In this document: one piece after another, positions 36,359-44,979 of the stretch | How positions within the stretch are numbered: position 1 is the stretch's first letter | Layout of the letters: each line of letters opens with the position of its first letter | Notes under the pieces: generated by a model | What the model was told of the DNA's origin: nothing | Seen by the model: only the letters and a program-made list of their open reading frames with translations | Database searches by the model: none | Position numbers and translations under genes: made by a program | Virus record (IMG/VR): IMGVR_UViG_3300023065_000157 | Coordinates: 1 to 47,914 of that record | Strand: one strand, 5' to 3' | Length of the DNA: 47,914 nucleotides | Source: a virus | Taxonomy: Duplodnaviria; Caudoviricetes

Positions 36359-36676
36359 TCAGGCAGCCAGAGGAGCCTGATCGGCATCGAACAGCACCGG
36401 CAACCAGGTCTGGCAGCGCTTGCCGCTGAGCTTGCACACGCGCGGCGCGCCGTGAACTACCAAGCCATCAGCTTCGAGCTCAGGAAGCCGCCGTGCGACC
36501 TTGTGGCGGTCCATGCTCGCTGCATCGGCCAGTTCCCTGCTGGTGAGGCCGGGGTGGCGACGCACAGCCGCAGCGACCTGCGCCTGCTGCTGGGCCTGCA
36601 TGCCAGACTCCACGATGTCGCGCGCGGCTTCACGGCTGGTGTCCGGATCGGTGTTGCGTGCGGGAAGGTGGATCAC
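36359..36676 (-). CDS. Winged-helix DNA-binding protein
   Basis: ARNTDPDTS.EAA and GLTSRELA...RRLPELE motifs. Confidence 0.75.
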   Translation of the reverse strand: MIHLPARNTDPDTSREAARDIVESGMQAQQQAQVAAAVRRHPGLTSRELADAASMDRHKVARRLPELEADGLVVHGAPRVCKLSGKRCQTWLPVLFDADQAPLAA

Positions 36677-36855
36677 TGCTCATTCCTCCGTGCCCACGTC
36701 AGGTCGCTGTACTCGCGCACCGTCATGAGCTTGCTGGGTGATGGCGTTCCCGGCCGTTCGATCTGGCCACCCTTGGCCAGGAATACGTCCAAGTCGCCGG
36801 CGAGGCGATCGCGCTGCGCCGACTTGGAGCGGATGTCGTTGTCGAACTGGTTCAC
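36673..36855 (-). CDS. Hypothetical protein
   Basis: 60 aa, coupled at both ends; FLAKGGQI motif. Confidence 0.65.
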   Translation of the reverse strand: MNQFDNDIRSKSAQRDRLAGDLDVFLAKGGQIERPGTPSPSKLMTVREYSDLTWARRNEQ

Positions 36856-37331
36856 AGCACGTCCTTCTGGCCCTTCGACTCACGGAGGCGTGTCATGAGG
36901 ACGATCAGCGACGACTGCACCGCGGTTGCGGCGGTCTGCAGCTCGGAGAATTCGTTGTCGGTGATCAGGCCGTCTTGAAGGCACTTGTGGAGCATTTCCG
37001 CGAAGTGGCCCTTACTGGCTGAGGTCGCAAGGATCGTGCTCGTCAGGCAACCGGCATCCGCTGGCGGCTCCAGACCATGCAGGCCATAGCCGTGCTCGGC
37101 CGCCAGCGCGACCAGGATCCGGTGGTCGCCCGTCAGACCCATGATTTCGTTTGCCTCGGCCAGGGTGAGCCGGTGGGTCGTGTTGTTCGGGTTGATCTTG
37201 TTGCGAAGCACGGCCCCGGACATGGGCTTCTCTTCGCCCTTGTCGTTCACGGTGATCAGCCTGGTCGCCAGCGCCTCGGCGCCGCCCGGGTAGTCCTTCA
37301 CGGTCTTGTGTGCTGCGTCAGTAATGTTCAT
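36852..37331 (-). CDS. Phage regulatory CII-family protein
   Basis: YPGGAEALA, LRNKINP...HRLTLAEA and DGLITDNE motifs. Confidence 0.8.
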   Translation of the reverse strand: MNITDAAHKTVKDYPGGAEALATRLITVNDKGEEKPMSGAVLRNKINPNNTTHRLTLAEANEIMGLTGDHRILVALAAEHGYGLHGLEPPADAGCLTSTILATSASKGHFAEMLHKCLQDGLITDNEFSELQTAATAVQSSLIVLMTRLRESKGQKDVL

Positions 37332-37385
37332 GCGGCTGCTCTGTGAACGTGGTTAGGAGCGCTGTGCCGGCGCAACATCAGCGCC

Positions 37386-37583
37386 ATGGACAACAACAAC
37401 TCAGGGATGGCCGCCAGAAATGGCGTTGTGACGCTGGTGCGGATGTGCGGAAAACCGTTCGTGCTTCGGAGAGTTGATGGGAAGCCAAAAGCCTTCCCTC
37501 TCAACGTCCCCGACTTAGGACCAGTCCCTGAGCGCGGCGGCCAAGTCCTGTGGATCGAGGACTACGTCGATGCACTCGCATGA
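37386..37583 (+). CDS. Small antisense hypothetical protein
   Basis: 65 aa protein-like ORF between cII and cro. Confidence 0.5.
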   Translation: MDNNNSGMAARNGVVTLVRMCGKPFVLRRVDGKPKAFPLNVPDLGPVPERGGQVLWIEDYVDALA

Positions 37584-37651
37584 GGCTCGTGGCGTTGCCC
37601 GCCAGGCGGTAAGCTGCGGGCACCAAACGCACAGCCCGCCTGGAGGGCAAC

Positions 37652-37921
37652 ATGGAAGAACAACGGGACGACACCGAGAACAGCTTGGGCGGATTCATCG
37701 GCGGCTCGATCGTCGGATCGACGAGTGCGCTGGTCGCATTGATCGATGCACTCAGCCTGCAGCCCGGCATCGATGCGGAAAAGCTCATAAGGGACTTCAT
37801 GGACCAGCTTCCGGCCCGAGGGGCCGCGAGCCCGGGCGCCGAACTTGTCTACGAATCGATCGAGGGCTTGTTGGGAAGCGACGACGTAGCGCGTCAACCT
37901 CCGCCTTTACAGACCGAGTAA
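37652..37921 (+). CDS. Small antisense hypothetical protein
   Basis: GGAGGG RBS; acidic 89 aa protein. Confidence 0.6.
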   Translation: MEEQRDDTENSLGGFIGGSIVGSTSALVALIDALSLQPGIDAEKLIRDFMDQLPARGAASPGAELVYESIEGLLGSDDVARQPPPLQTE

Positions 37922-38028
37922 TTGCATTTACCTCGTCCTTTCCCGCCGCTGGGCGGGATCGGGCTGCACCCGGCGCCCTGCCCGGCTTCAGCAGACAGTC
38001 GCGCAGCCACAGCCTGGGATTCCATCGA

Positions 38029-38232
38029 TCAGGCAGCACGATCCACCTCCTGCCCGGCGTCGTTGGCCGGCGCCGGGCCGAACACCTCCGGGCGCGCGAG
38101 CATCAAGTACTGCAGGCGCGCATCGGGAATTCCGTGCTTCCGCCACTCGCTGACGGACGGAGGTTTCACTTTGCAGAGGCGTGCCACCGCGAAGGTGCCG
38201 CCGAGAGCGTCGATGATCTTGTTGGCGTCCAT
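38029..38232 (-). CDS. cro: Cro-like regulator
   Basis: IIDALGGTFAVARLCKVKPPSVSEWRKHGIP HTH; divergent from the repressor. Confidence 0.88.
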   Translation of the reverse strand: MDANKIIDALGGTFAVARLCKVKPPSVSEWRKHGIPDARLQYLMLARPEVFGPAPANDAGQEVDRAA

Positions 38233-38239
38233 GAAGCGG

Positions 38240-38306
38240 ATTATTAGGCATTCCTACGCATGAATGCAATAGGCATTCCTACATGCGATCCTATTAGGCT
38301 TGCCTA
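38240..38306. promoter_or_regulatory. OR-like operator region with divergent promoters
   Basis: TAGG-N4-CCTA palindromes at 38245, 38270 and 38295; minus-strand TTGCAT-17 nt-TAATAAT upstream of cro. Confidence 0.85.
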
Positions 38307-38744
38307 ATGGAAGAATGGGCAGAGAGAATTCATGAGCGCATGACGGCGGCTGGGCGAAAGCCAGTCGACCTTGCGCGCGCCTGTAAGATCAAGCCCGGCT
38401 CTGTGAGCGGCTGGTTCGGCCAAGGCAAACCCACCAAGATGATCTCAGGCGACAACCTAGTCGCGGCCGCATCCTTCTTGAACACGACCGCCGAGTACAT
38501 CATGACCGGGCGTGGCGCGGCGGACCTTCAGTCTCAGTCTATGGGACTAGACCTTGCCAAGCTCTCGACTGTGCTCGCTGTCGTAGAGGGCGCGATCAAG
38601 GACAGCCGGAAGCGGGTGCCACCTGAGTTCAAGGCGAGCATGATCCAACGCGTCTATGACAGTCCGCACGCACTTACCGTCGACACCGCAGCAGCGGTGC
38701 GGGCGGCGCTTGCTGGGATTCTTGAGACCGTTGGGAGTGATTGA
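38307..38744 (+). CDS. CI-like repressor (XRE HTH, no S24 peptidase domain)
   Basis: DLARACKIKPGSVSGWF HTH and AEYIMTGRG; only 145 aa. Confidence 0.85.
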   Translation: MEEWAERIHERMTAAGRKPVDLARACKIKPGSVSGWFGQGKPTKMISGDNLVAAASFLNTTAEYIMTGRGAADLQSQSMGLDLAKLSTVLAVVEGAIKDSRKRVPPEFKASMIQRVYDSPHALTVDTAAAVRAALAGILETVGSD

Positions 38745-39061
38745 TGGATGCAATTGCGCTGTTGCGCGAAGAACTGGCCACGATGCTGGCCGACTCGGGC
38801 CTGCCCTCCGCTGATCCCGAAGATCAGCTTCACCCTCCGTTAGACAACTCGCCACGCGCGAGGAAGATGAGAGCGGTAGCAAGAATCGCGGATATGTACG
38901 GGTGGAGATCGGCGATCACGCGTTTCCTCGACACGAAGAAGGCCAGCTACATGTCTGACCTAACGGATGTTCAGCTCGATGCCCTGCTGGATGAGATGCA
39001 CCGCTACGTGGATGCGGCTGAAACCGGATGTGCTTTGCCGGAAAGCCTGCCAGCAAGCTGA
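38744..39061 (+). CDS. Hypothetical protein coupled to the repressor
   Basis: TGATG overlap with the cI stop; GGGAG RBS. Confidence 0.7.
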   Translation: MDAIALLREELATMLADSGLPSADPEDQLHPPLDNSPRARKMRAVARIADMYGWRSAITRFLDTKKASYMSDLTDVQLDALLDEMHRYVDAAETGCALPESLPAS

Positions 39062-39091
39062 AACAACGGACGCGAAAAGATAGGGGGAAGG

Positions 39092-39628
39092 ATGAGTAAT
39101 CAGCGTTATGGGGTTGGCGCCATATTGGCCACGATGCTGCTGGTGTCACCTGCCGATGTTACGGCAAAGCGCACCAAGCTGACTGATGAGGATCGTACCT
39201 ACGTCGAGGTGTTCCAGGTCCCTGCCGTGAACAGTGAGCGCATTTTCACTGGTTCTAAACAGTGGATTGCCGAGAACTTCAAGTCGGCCAAAGCGGTCAT
39301 CGAGTACGAAGACAAGGCCGAAGGCACGATCATTGGCAACGGGTCTATCCGATACCCCTGCAAGGGCGCGTGGGATTGCGTGGCCAAAGAAGATTGGCGT
39401 ATCCGGTTCACGATGCGCCTTGAAGCTCGCGATGAGAGGTTTCGTGCCAGCTTCACCAACATCACCCTCTACTGGCCTTCGCGGGTCACCAACGGAATTG
39501 TCAGTCCAGCGCAAGATGGTCCGATCGCTTTCAAAGAGACAATGGACGAGGTAACTCCTGAGCTCCAGTCGATTGGCAAGCGCTTGTCGCAGAGCCTGAC
39601 CAACTCCACGCCCGAGCAGGCCTGGTAA
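39092..39628 (+). CDS. Exported protein, DUF4468-like
   Basis: Signal peptide; KQWIAENFKSAKAVIEYEDK..GTIIGNG motif. Confidence 0.7.
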   Translation: MSNQRYGVGAILATMLLVSPADVTAKRTKLTDEDRTYVEVFQVPAVNSERIFTGSKQWIAENFKSAKAVIEYEDKAEGTIIGNGSIRYPCKGAWDCVAKEDWRIRFTMRLEARDERFRASFTNITLYWPSRVTNGIVSPAQDGPIAFKETMDEVTPELQSIGKRLSQSLTNSTPEQAW

Positions 39629-39645
39629 TGAACCGATAGTCCCGA

Positions 39646-39670
39646 GCCCCGCAACTGCGGGGCCTTTTGT
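39646..39670 (+). terminator. Terminator of the immunity operon
   Basis: GCCCCGC-AACT-GCGGGGC-CTTTTGT. Confidence 0.7.
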
Positions 39671-39730
39671 ATGCCTAACTGAAGAAAGTTAGGGATACCT
39701 ATTGACAGTTAGCGTAGGCATGCCTAACTT
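39666..39730 (+). promoter_or_regulatory. OL/PL-like operator and promoter
   Basis: TAGG-N4-CCTA at 39690 and 39715, degenerate copy at 39666; TTGACA (39702)-17 nt-TAACTT (39725). Confidence 0.85.
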
Positions 39731-39772
39731 ACGCCCGTCCCCAGCACTCCCGCTGGGCTACGGAGAGTCAGG

Positions 39773-39889
39773 ATGCTTCGCACCTCACGCCCCCTCTGGT
39801 TCTGGATCGGCCTGGTCTACGCGGTCTTTGTGTTCGTGGCGGCTTTCGGCCTGCGCGCAGCGGGCCATTACGTCGGCGGGGGCTGCTGA
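39773..39889 (+). CDS. 38-aa membrane peptide, first gene after PL
   Basis: GGAGAG RBS; MLRTSRPLWFWIGLVYAVFVFVAAFGL; below the ORF-track cutoff. Confidence 0.6.
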   Translation: MLRTSRPLWFWIGLVYAVFVFVAAFGLRAAGHYVGGGC

Positions 39890-39892
39890 GCC

Positions 39893-40249
39893 ATGGCCGT
39901 CAACCTGCACCCCGAAGCTGAGGTCCGGCGCTTGCGCAAGAACCTCACCACTCTGCAGGGCAACCTGCGCAACACCGGCCTCAACATGCCTGGTGCTGAC
40001 ACCGCCTACCGCGCGGCCATCTTTGTCGGCGCTGATGCCGAGCAGGCATGGGAAGCGGCCCGCCGCCACGAGCTGGTGATGCTGGGCTTTGCAGACGAGA
40101 TCGAAGAGCCGAAAGGCCTCAGCTTCCCGTCTCCCCGGAACTCGATCGACCAACGCCGCGCGGCACGCCAGCGGCAGATCGATAGCGTTCGCGCCTTGGT
40201 CAACCCGTTCTCGCTGGAGGCTCCGGTCAGCCTGGAGCGTGCCGCATGA
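39893..40249 (+). CDS. Hypothetical early protein
   Basis: Member of the coupled operon. Confidence 0.65.
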   Translation: MAVNLHPEAEVRRLRKNLTTLQGNLRNTGLNMPGADTAYRAAIFVGADAEQAWEAARRHELVMLGFADEIEEPKGLSFPSPRNSIDQRRAARQRQIDSVRALVNPFSLEAPVSLERAA

Positions 40250-40458
40250 GCGCCCAAGTCCTCGCCTTCCCTGTCCAGACCAACAGCCAGAGATACCTGC
40301 TGGAGAGCGTGCGAGCCGTTGCCGCCCGTTCCGGCCTGGACGTCAACGAGACGGCCCGCGAGTTCGTCGCGGCCGGCTGCTCCAAGGAAGCCCAGAACCG
40401 CATCTGGGAGCGCGCGCGCCGCAAGCGCATGGCACTGATCTACGGAGGTGACGCATGA
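40246..40458 (+). CDS. Hypothetical early protein
   Basis: ATGA coupling; GGAG RBS. Confidence 0.65.
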   Translation: MSAQVLAFPVQTNSQRYLLESVRAVAARSGLDVNETAREFVAAGCSKEAQNRIWERARRKRMALIYGGDA

Positions 40459-40592
40459 AGACGGATTTCAACCCGCGAGTGGAAGGCTTGAAGGATCTCG
40501 GGATCTACCTCGGCATGTTCCTCTGCTGCGCGGGGCTCGGTGCCATCGGATGCCTCATCGCGCAGGACCTGGCAAGGGTGAGCATCCCATGA
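40455..40592 (+). CDS. 45-aa membrane peptide
   Basis: GGAGG RBS; ATGA overlap at both ends; hydrophobic core. Confidence 0.6.
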   Translation: MKTDFNPRVEGLKDLGIYLGMFLCCAGLGAIGCLIAQDLARVSIP

Positions 40593-40861
40593 GCCGCCAT
40601 CCGATTCGCCTGCTTGTGCCGGCCTTCATCTGCGCCGTGGTGTTCGGCTTCTGCGTCGCGCTCTTGGCCCGCGCCATCTACACCCACGCCGACAGCTTCG
40701 TCCTGGTCGGCGGTGTGGGCGCCCTCTTCTTCGGCTGCCGCACCGTCACCGAGGCCCGCCAGGTCTGGCGGCAGTTCGTCGCCCAGCTCCAACAGCGCCG
40801 GTCTATGCGCCGCGCAACTCCCCTGACCCGCATCAATCCGCCCAAGGAAGAAACCCGATGA
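40589..40861 (+). CDS. Small two-TM membrane protein
   Basis: Two hydrophobic segments; ATGA overlap at both ends. Confidence 0.65.
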   Translation: MSRHPIRLLVPAFICAVVFGFCVALLARAIYTHADSFVLVGGVGALFFGCRTVTEARQVWRQFVAQLQQRRSMRRATPLTRINPPKEETR

Positions 40862-41826
40862 ACGATGTCGTCAACATGGCCCCCGAAGAGGGAATGGCCG
40901 CGATGATCAGCCGCTCGGAGATCGAGCAGCAGATCAGCACCGCGCGCCGGTTCCCCCGGTCGCTGAAGAAGTTCCGCGACGAGGCGATCCAGATGGTGAC
41001 GCTGAGCCAGAGCATCGCCGAACAGTGCGTCTATGCCCTGCCCCGCGACGGCAAGACCATCGAAGGCCCGTCTGCACGGTTCGCGGAAGTGATCGCCTCC
41101 GCGTGGGGGAACAATCGCGCCGGTGCTCGTGTCATCGACGACAAGGGTGAGTTCATCATCGCCCAAGGCGTGTTCCACGACCTGGAGCGCAATGTGGCGA
41201 TCACCTATGAGGTGCAGCGCCGCATCGTGGATCGCCAAGGCCGCCGCTTCAAAGCCGACATGATCGGCGTCACCGCCAATGCCGCCTGCTCGATTGCGCT
41301 GCGCAACGCCGTGCTCAAGGGCGTGCCGAAGGCGTTCTGGGAGGACATGTACGTGGAGGCACGCAAAGTGATCATGGGCGACATCAAGACCCTCGCCAAC
41401 CGTCGCGCCGACGCACTCGCGCACTTCCAGCGGTTTGGGATCTCCGCCGAGCAGGTCAGCGCAAAACTGGGCGTCGCCGGCATTGAGGACATCGGGCTGG
41501 AGCACTTGGTACTGCTGCGCGGCATCGTGACTGCGATCAAGGAAGGCGACACGACTCCGGAGGAAGCATTCGCCCCGAACGGTGAGGCCGCCATCACCAC
41601 GAAGAAGTCTCTGCAGGCCTACACCAATGAAGCCTTTGCTGCAGCGCTGCCGCAGTGGCAGGCGGCGATCAACGTCGGCAAGAAGACGCCCGACGGGATC
41701 ATCGCCATGGCGCAGACCAAGGGCGTGTTGACCGACGCTCAGCTCGCGCAGATCCGCAGCATGGTCCAGCAGCCTGCCGGCGAACCGGACGCAGGCCCGG
41801 CCGTTGCCGAGGAGGTTGTGGAATGA
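40858..41826 (+). CDS. Putative ssDNA-annealing/recombination protein
   Basis: Directly upstream of the YqaJ exonuclease (bet position); family not recognised. Confidence 0.55.
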   Translation: MNDVVNMAPEEGMAAMISRSEIEQQISTARRFPRSLKKFRDEAIQMVTLSQSIAEQCVYALPRDGKTIEGPSARFAEVIASAWGNNRAGARVIDDKGEFIIAQGVFHDLERNVAITYEVQRRIVDRQGRRFKADMIGVTANAACSIALRNAVLKGVPKAFWEDMYVEARKVIMGDIKTLANRRADALAHFQRFGISAEQVSAKLGVAGIEDIGLEHLVLLRGIVTAIKEGDTTPEEAFAPNGEAAITTKKSLQAYTNEAFAAALPQWQAAINVGKKTPDGIIAMAQTKGVLTDAQLAQIRSMVQQPAGEPDAGPAVAEEVVE

Positions 41827-43616
41827 AGATCGTCGAGCTGATCCAGGGCACCCCGGAATGGCATGCCCATCGCGCCACCCACCTCAACGCGAGCGACGCG
41901 CCGGCGATGATGGGGTGCAGTCCCTACAAGACCCGTGGCCAGCTGGTGCGCGAGCTCGCCACCGGCGCCGCCGCCGAGCATGACGCTGCCACCTTGCAGC
42001 GCTTTGCCGACGGCCACCGGTTTGAAGACCTGGCCCGGCCGCTGGCCGAGGCGATCATGGAGCAGGATTTGTACCCCTGCGTCGGCGTCGAGGGGAAGTA
42101 CTCGGCCAGCTTCGATGGCCTGACCCTGCTGGAAGATCTCGCCTTCGAGCACAAGTCGCTCAACGACGACCTGCGCCTGGCGATCCCGCTGGACGGCGGC
42201 GAGGCAACGTTGCCGCTGCACTACCAGGTGCAGATGGAGCAGCAGGCCATGGTCAGCGGCGCCGAGCGCGTGCTGTTCATGGCCTCGAAATGGAACGGCG
42301 ACGATCTGGTCGAGGAGCGCCACTGCTGGTACGCCCCGAACCCGGAGCTGCGCGCGCGAATTGTCGCCGGCTGGGCACAGCTGGAGGCCGACGTAGCCGC
42401 TTACGAGCCGGAGGCGCCTGCAGCGCCGGTCGCCGCGGGCCGCGCACCCGATCAGATGCCGGCGCTGCGCATCGAGGTGACCGGCATGGTCACAGCCTCG
42501 AACCTCGCCGAGTGGAAGGATCAGGCGATCGCGGTCTTCCAAGGTATCAGCCAGGAGCTGACCACCGATCAGGACTTCGCTGATGCCGAGAAGACGGTGA
42601 AATGGTGCGGGGAGATCGAGGAACAGCTGAAGGGTGCAAAGCAGCACGCCCTGAGCCAGACCGCCGACATCGATGTGCTGTTCCGCACGATCGACGCGAT
42701 CAGCGAGCAGGCCCGTGCAACCCGCCTCGCCCTGGAAAAGCTGGTCACGAAGCGGAAGGACGAGCGCCGCACGGAGATCGGCAACAACGCCCGCCGCGCG
42801 GTGCAGGACCACGTCCGCGCGATCAACGAAACGCTGGGTGAGCACGGTCTGGCGATGCCGGCCACACTGATCGCCGACCTTCAGGCGGCCATGAAGGGCA
42901 AGCGCTCCTTTGCGAGCATGCAGGACGCCGTCGACGCGGTGGCCACCAACGCCAAGATCACCGCCAGCCAGGCCGCCGACCGTGTCCGCGCCAACATGGC
43001 GATCCTCGCGGCCCACCCGGAACACGCGACCCTGTTCGCCGACCGCGTGCAGCTTTGCAGCAGCAAGGCGCCGGAAGACCTGCGCAACCTGGTTGCCACG
43101 CGCATCGCCGAGCACCAGCGCGCGGAGCAAGACCGACTGGACGCCGAGCGAGAGAAGATCCGGCAGGAGGAAGAGGAGAAGGCGCGCCAGCGGGTTGCTG
43201 ACGCAGAAGCCGCCCAGCAGCAGCGTGATGAGGCGGAGCGCACCGCTGCCGCTGCACCGGTGGCTGTGCAGCCACAGGCTCCGGTGGTCGCAGAGCCAGC
43301 CGTGGAATCTCCCACCTCTCCCGCGCCCCCTGCGCCGCAGCAGTCCTACGTGCGCGCCGTTGCAGCTTCGGAACCGTCGGAAGATCGCGCCCCGTGGGCG
43401 CCGGAAGGCAAGCGGATCAAGCTCGGCGAGATCAACGCGCTGATCGGCCCGCTGACCATCAGCGCCGAAGGTCTGCGCCAGCTCGGGTTCGAGCCGGTCA
43501 GCACCGAGCGCGGCGCAAAGCTCTACGCCGCCGACCAAGTGCCGGCCATGTGCGAGCAGATGATCCGCGTTCTCCGAGGTGCCGCCAACGGCCAGGGCTA
43601 CCCGCTCGCCGCCTGA
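41823..43616 (+). CDS. YqaJ/lambda-exonuclease-family protein with long helical C-terminus
   Basis: QGTPEWHAHR, ASDAP, ASFDG, EHK and YQVQMEQQ motifs. Confidence 0.88.
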   Translation: MKIVELIQGTPEWHAHRATHLNASDAPAMMGCSPYKTRGQLVRELATGAAAEHDAATLQRFADGHRFEDLARPLAEAIMEQDLYPCVGVEGKYSASFDGLTLLEDLAFEHKSLNDDLRLAIPLDGGEATLPLHYQVQMEQQAMVSGAERVLFMASKWNGDDLVEERHCWYAPNPELRARIVAGWAQLEADVAAYEPEAPAAPVAAGRAPDQMPALRIEVTGMVTASNLAEWKDQAIAVFQGISQELTTDQDFADAEKTVKWCGEIEEQLKGAKQHALSQTADIDVLFRTIDAISEQARATRLALEKLVTKRKDERRTEIGNNARRAVQDHVRAINETLGEHGLAMPATLIADLQAAMKGKRSFASMQDAVDAVATNAKITASQAADRVRANMAILAAHPEHATLFADRVQLCSSKAPEDLRNLVATRIAEHQRAEQDRLDAEREKIRQEEEEKARQRVADAEAAQQQRDEAERTAAAAPVAVQPQAPVVAEPAVESPTSPAPPAPQQSYVRAVAASEPSEDRAPWAPEGKRIKLGEINALIGPLTISAEGLRQLGFEPVSTERGAKLYAADQVPAMCEQMIRVLRGAANGQGYPLAA

Positions 43617-43709
43617 GTCCCCTGCCTGTCGCCCGCCTCCCCTGTAGGGCGACAGGAACCCGCGCCGGCCGGGCAAAGCCGGACCTCATTCCAACCTTCG
43701 GAGCTACCC

Positions 43710-43985
43710 ATGGCAATGCGCATCGATATGCAGGACGTCGAGTCCTCCCAGATCCACAGCATCGGGCACGACCCGGCAACGAAGACCCTCGCCATTCGCT
43801 TCACCAGCCGCAAGGGCGGCGCGGTCGGCCCGGGATCGCTCTACCACTACGAGAACTTCGACGCCGCTGAGTTCGAAGCGTTCAAGAGCGCTGAGTCGCT
43901 GGGCACGCACTTCGGCCAGCGCATCAAGGCGTTCCCCGAGAAATACCCGTTCCAGAAGATCAACGAAGCCGCCCAGGCGGCGTAA
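43710..43985 (+). CDS. KTSC-domain protein
   Basis: VESSQIHSIGHD..TKTLAIRF, YHY and AESLG.HF...IK motifs. Confidence 0.85.
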   Translation: MAMRIDMQDVESSQIHSIGHDPATKTLAIRFTSRKGGAVGPGSLYHYENFDAAEFEAFKSAESLGTHFGQRIKAFPEKYPFQKINEAAQAA

Positions 43986-43997
43986 GGGCGGACCGCC

Positions 43998-44234
43998 ATG
44001 AAGAAGCGGCAGCAGCTCGACATTTTCGAACACGACCCAGGACGGATGGCGCTGCTCTACCGGGCCTCAGCCGAAAGCGCCTTGAACGACGTCCAGTTCA
44101 GCCCGCCGGTTCGCAAGGACCGGCACGACCACTACATCCGCGAGGCCGAGCGACTTGAGGCGCTGGCCTCGCATTGCAAGGCCAACTACCTCATTGAACG
44201 CATCAAAGACCACGAGAAGGGAAGCCAGCCATGA
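43998..44234 (+). CDS. Hypothetical protein
   Basis: 78 aa operon member. Confidence 0.6.
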   Translation: MKKRQQLDIFEHDPGRMALLYRASAESALNDVQFSPPVRKDRHDHYIREAERLEALASHCKANYLIERIKDHEKGSQP

Positions 44235-44248
44235 CCATCAATCATTCG

Positions 44249-44467
44249 CTAAGTGCGGTGCCCGACCAGGGTACGAACGTAGTTGTCGCCAAGGCTAGCA
44301 GCCACGCTTTCGGCGTCGCTCACCGTAGGGTGTCGCGCGGCAGTTTCGATGGTGCGCAGGTGACTGTTGTCCGGAGAAAAGATGTGGACCACGCCTTGGC
44401 AGTGTTGGCCGTGATCGATTGCCGACACGACCAGGCTGTATCCAAGAACTTCCTTTTTGTATGGCAT
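44249..44467 (-). CDS. Small antisense protein
   Basis: 72 aa, beta-rich then amphipathic helix; lower GC. Confidence 0.5.
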   Translation of the reverse strand: MPYKKEVLGYSLVVSAIDHGQHCQGVVHIFSPDNSHLRTIETAARHPTVSDAESVAASLGDNYVRTLVGHRT

Positions 44468-44584
44468 TTAGGCCCCCTGCATCCGGAACCCAGGAAATGT
44501 GCCAGCTTGAACCGAGTTGGATACGTGCCAAAAGCTGGGGGCACGCAAGAAGCGGGAGCTACCAGCCACCAAGCTCTGACGGGG

Positions 44585-44833
44585 TCACTGCAGCGGGCCC
44601 GGTCGTTTGAGGCGCTCGCCTTCAATGAGATTAAAGGCCAGTTGATGCGCAGATTGCAGCGCACTGGCCTCCGAGTCAAAGACGACACCAGTGATGTAGC
44701 CTCGGGCGCCGTCTTCGATCGCGACCTCCTCCACGCTCACCCCTTGGTCGCGAGTGATTGTGCGCACGGTGTAACGACGGTCTTCAAAGCAGAACCGTTG
44801 CTCACTGCGCCGTCCGATGTCTTGCTCACTCAT
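44585..44833 (-). CDS. Small antisense protein
   Basis: 82 aa, beta-rich then amphipathic helix. Confidence 0.5.
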   Translation of the reverse strand: MSEQDIGRRSEQRFCFEDRRYTVRTITRDQGVSVEEVAIEDGARGYITGVVFDSEASALQSAHQLAFNLIEGERLKRPGPLQ

Positions 44834-44979
44834 TTGCAGAGCTCTGTTTGCCTGGCTGCCTTGATCCTACAAGGCGACGATTACGTCGAGCAACCCAGAC
44901 AGTTCGGCAGTGAGCGGGCCACCTTCTCCACCGTCAAGCCGCCGCGTAACCGGCGCACCAGGCTGCGGGAGGACGTGTA

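Noticed and set aside
43625-43656. CCTGTCGCCC/GGGCGACAGG hairpin as a terminator
   Set aside because: No U-tract on either strand; at most a stability hairpin.
41739-43676. 645-aa minus-strand ORF
   Set aside because: Shadow of the exonuclease gene.
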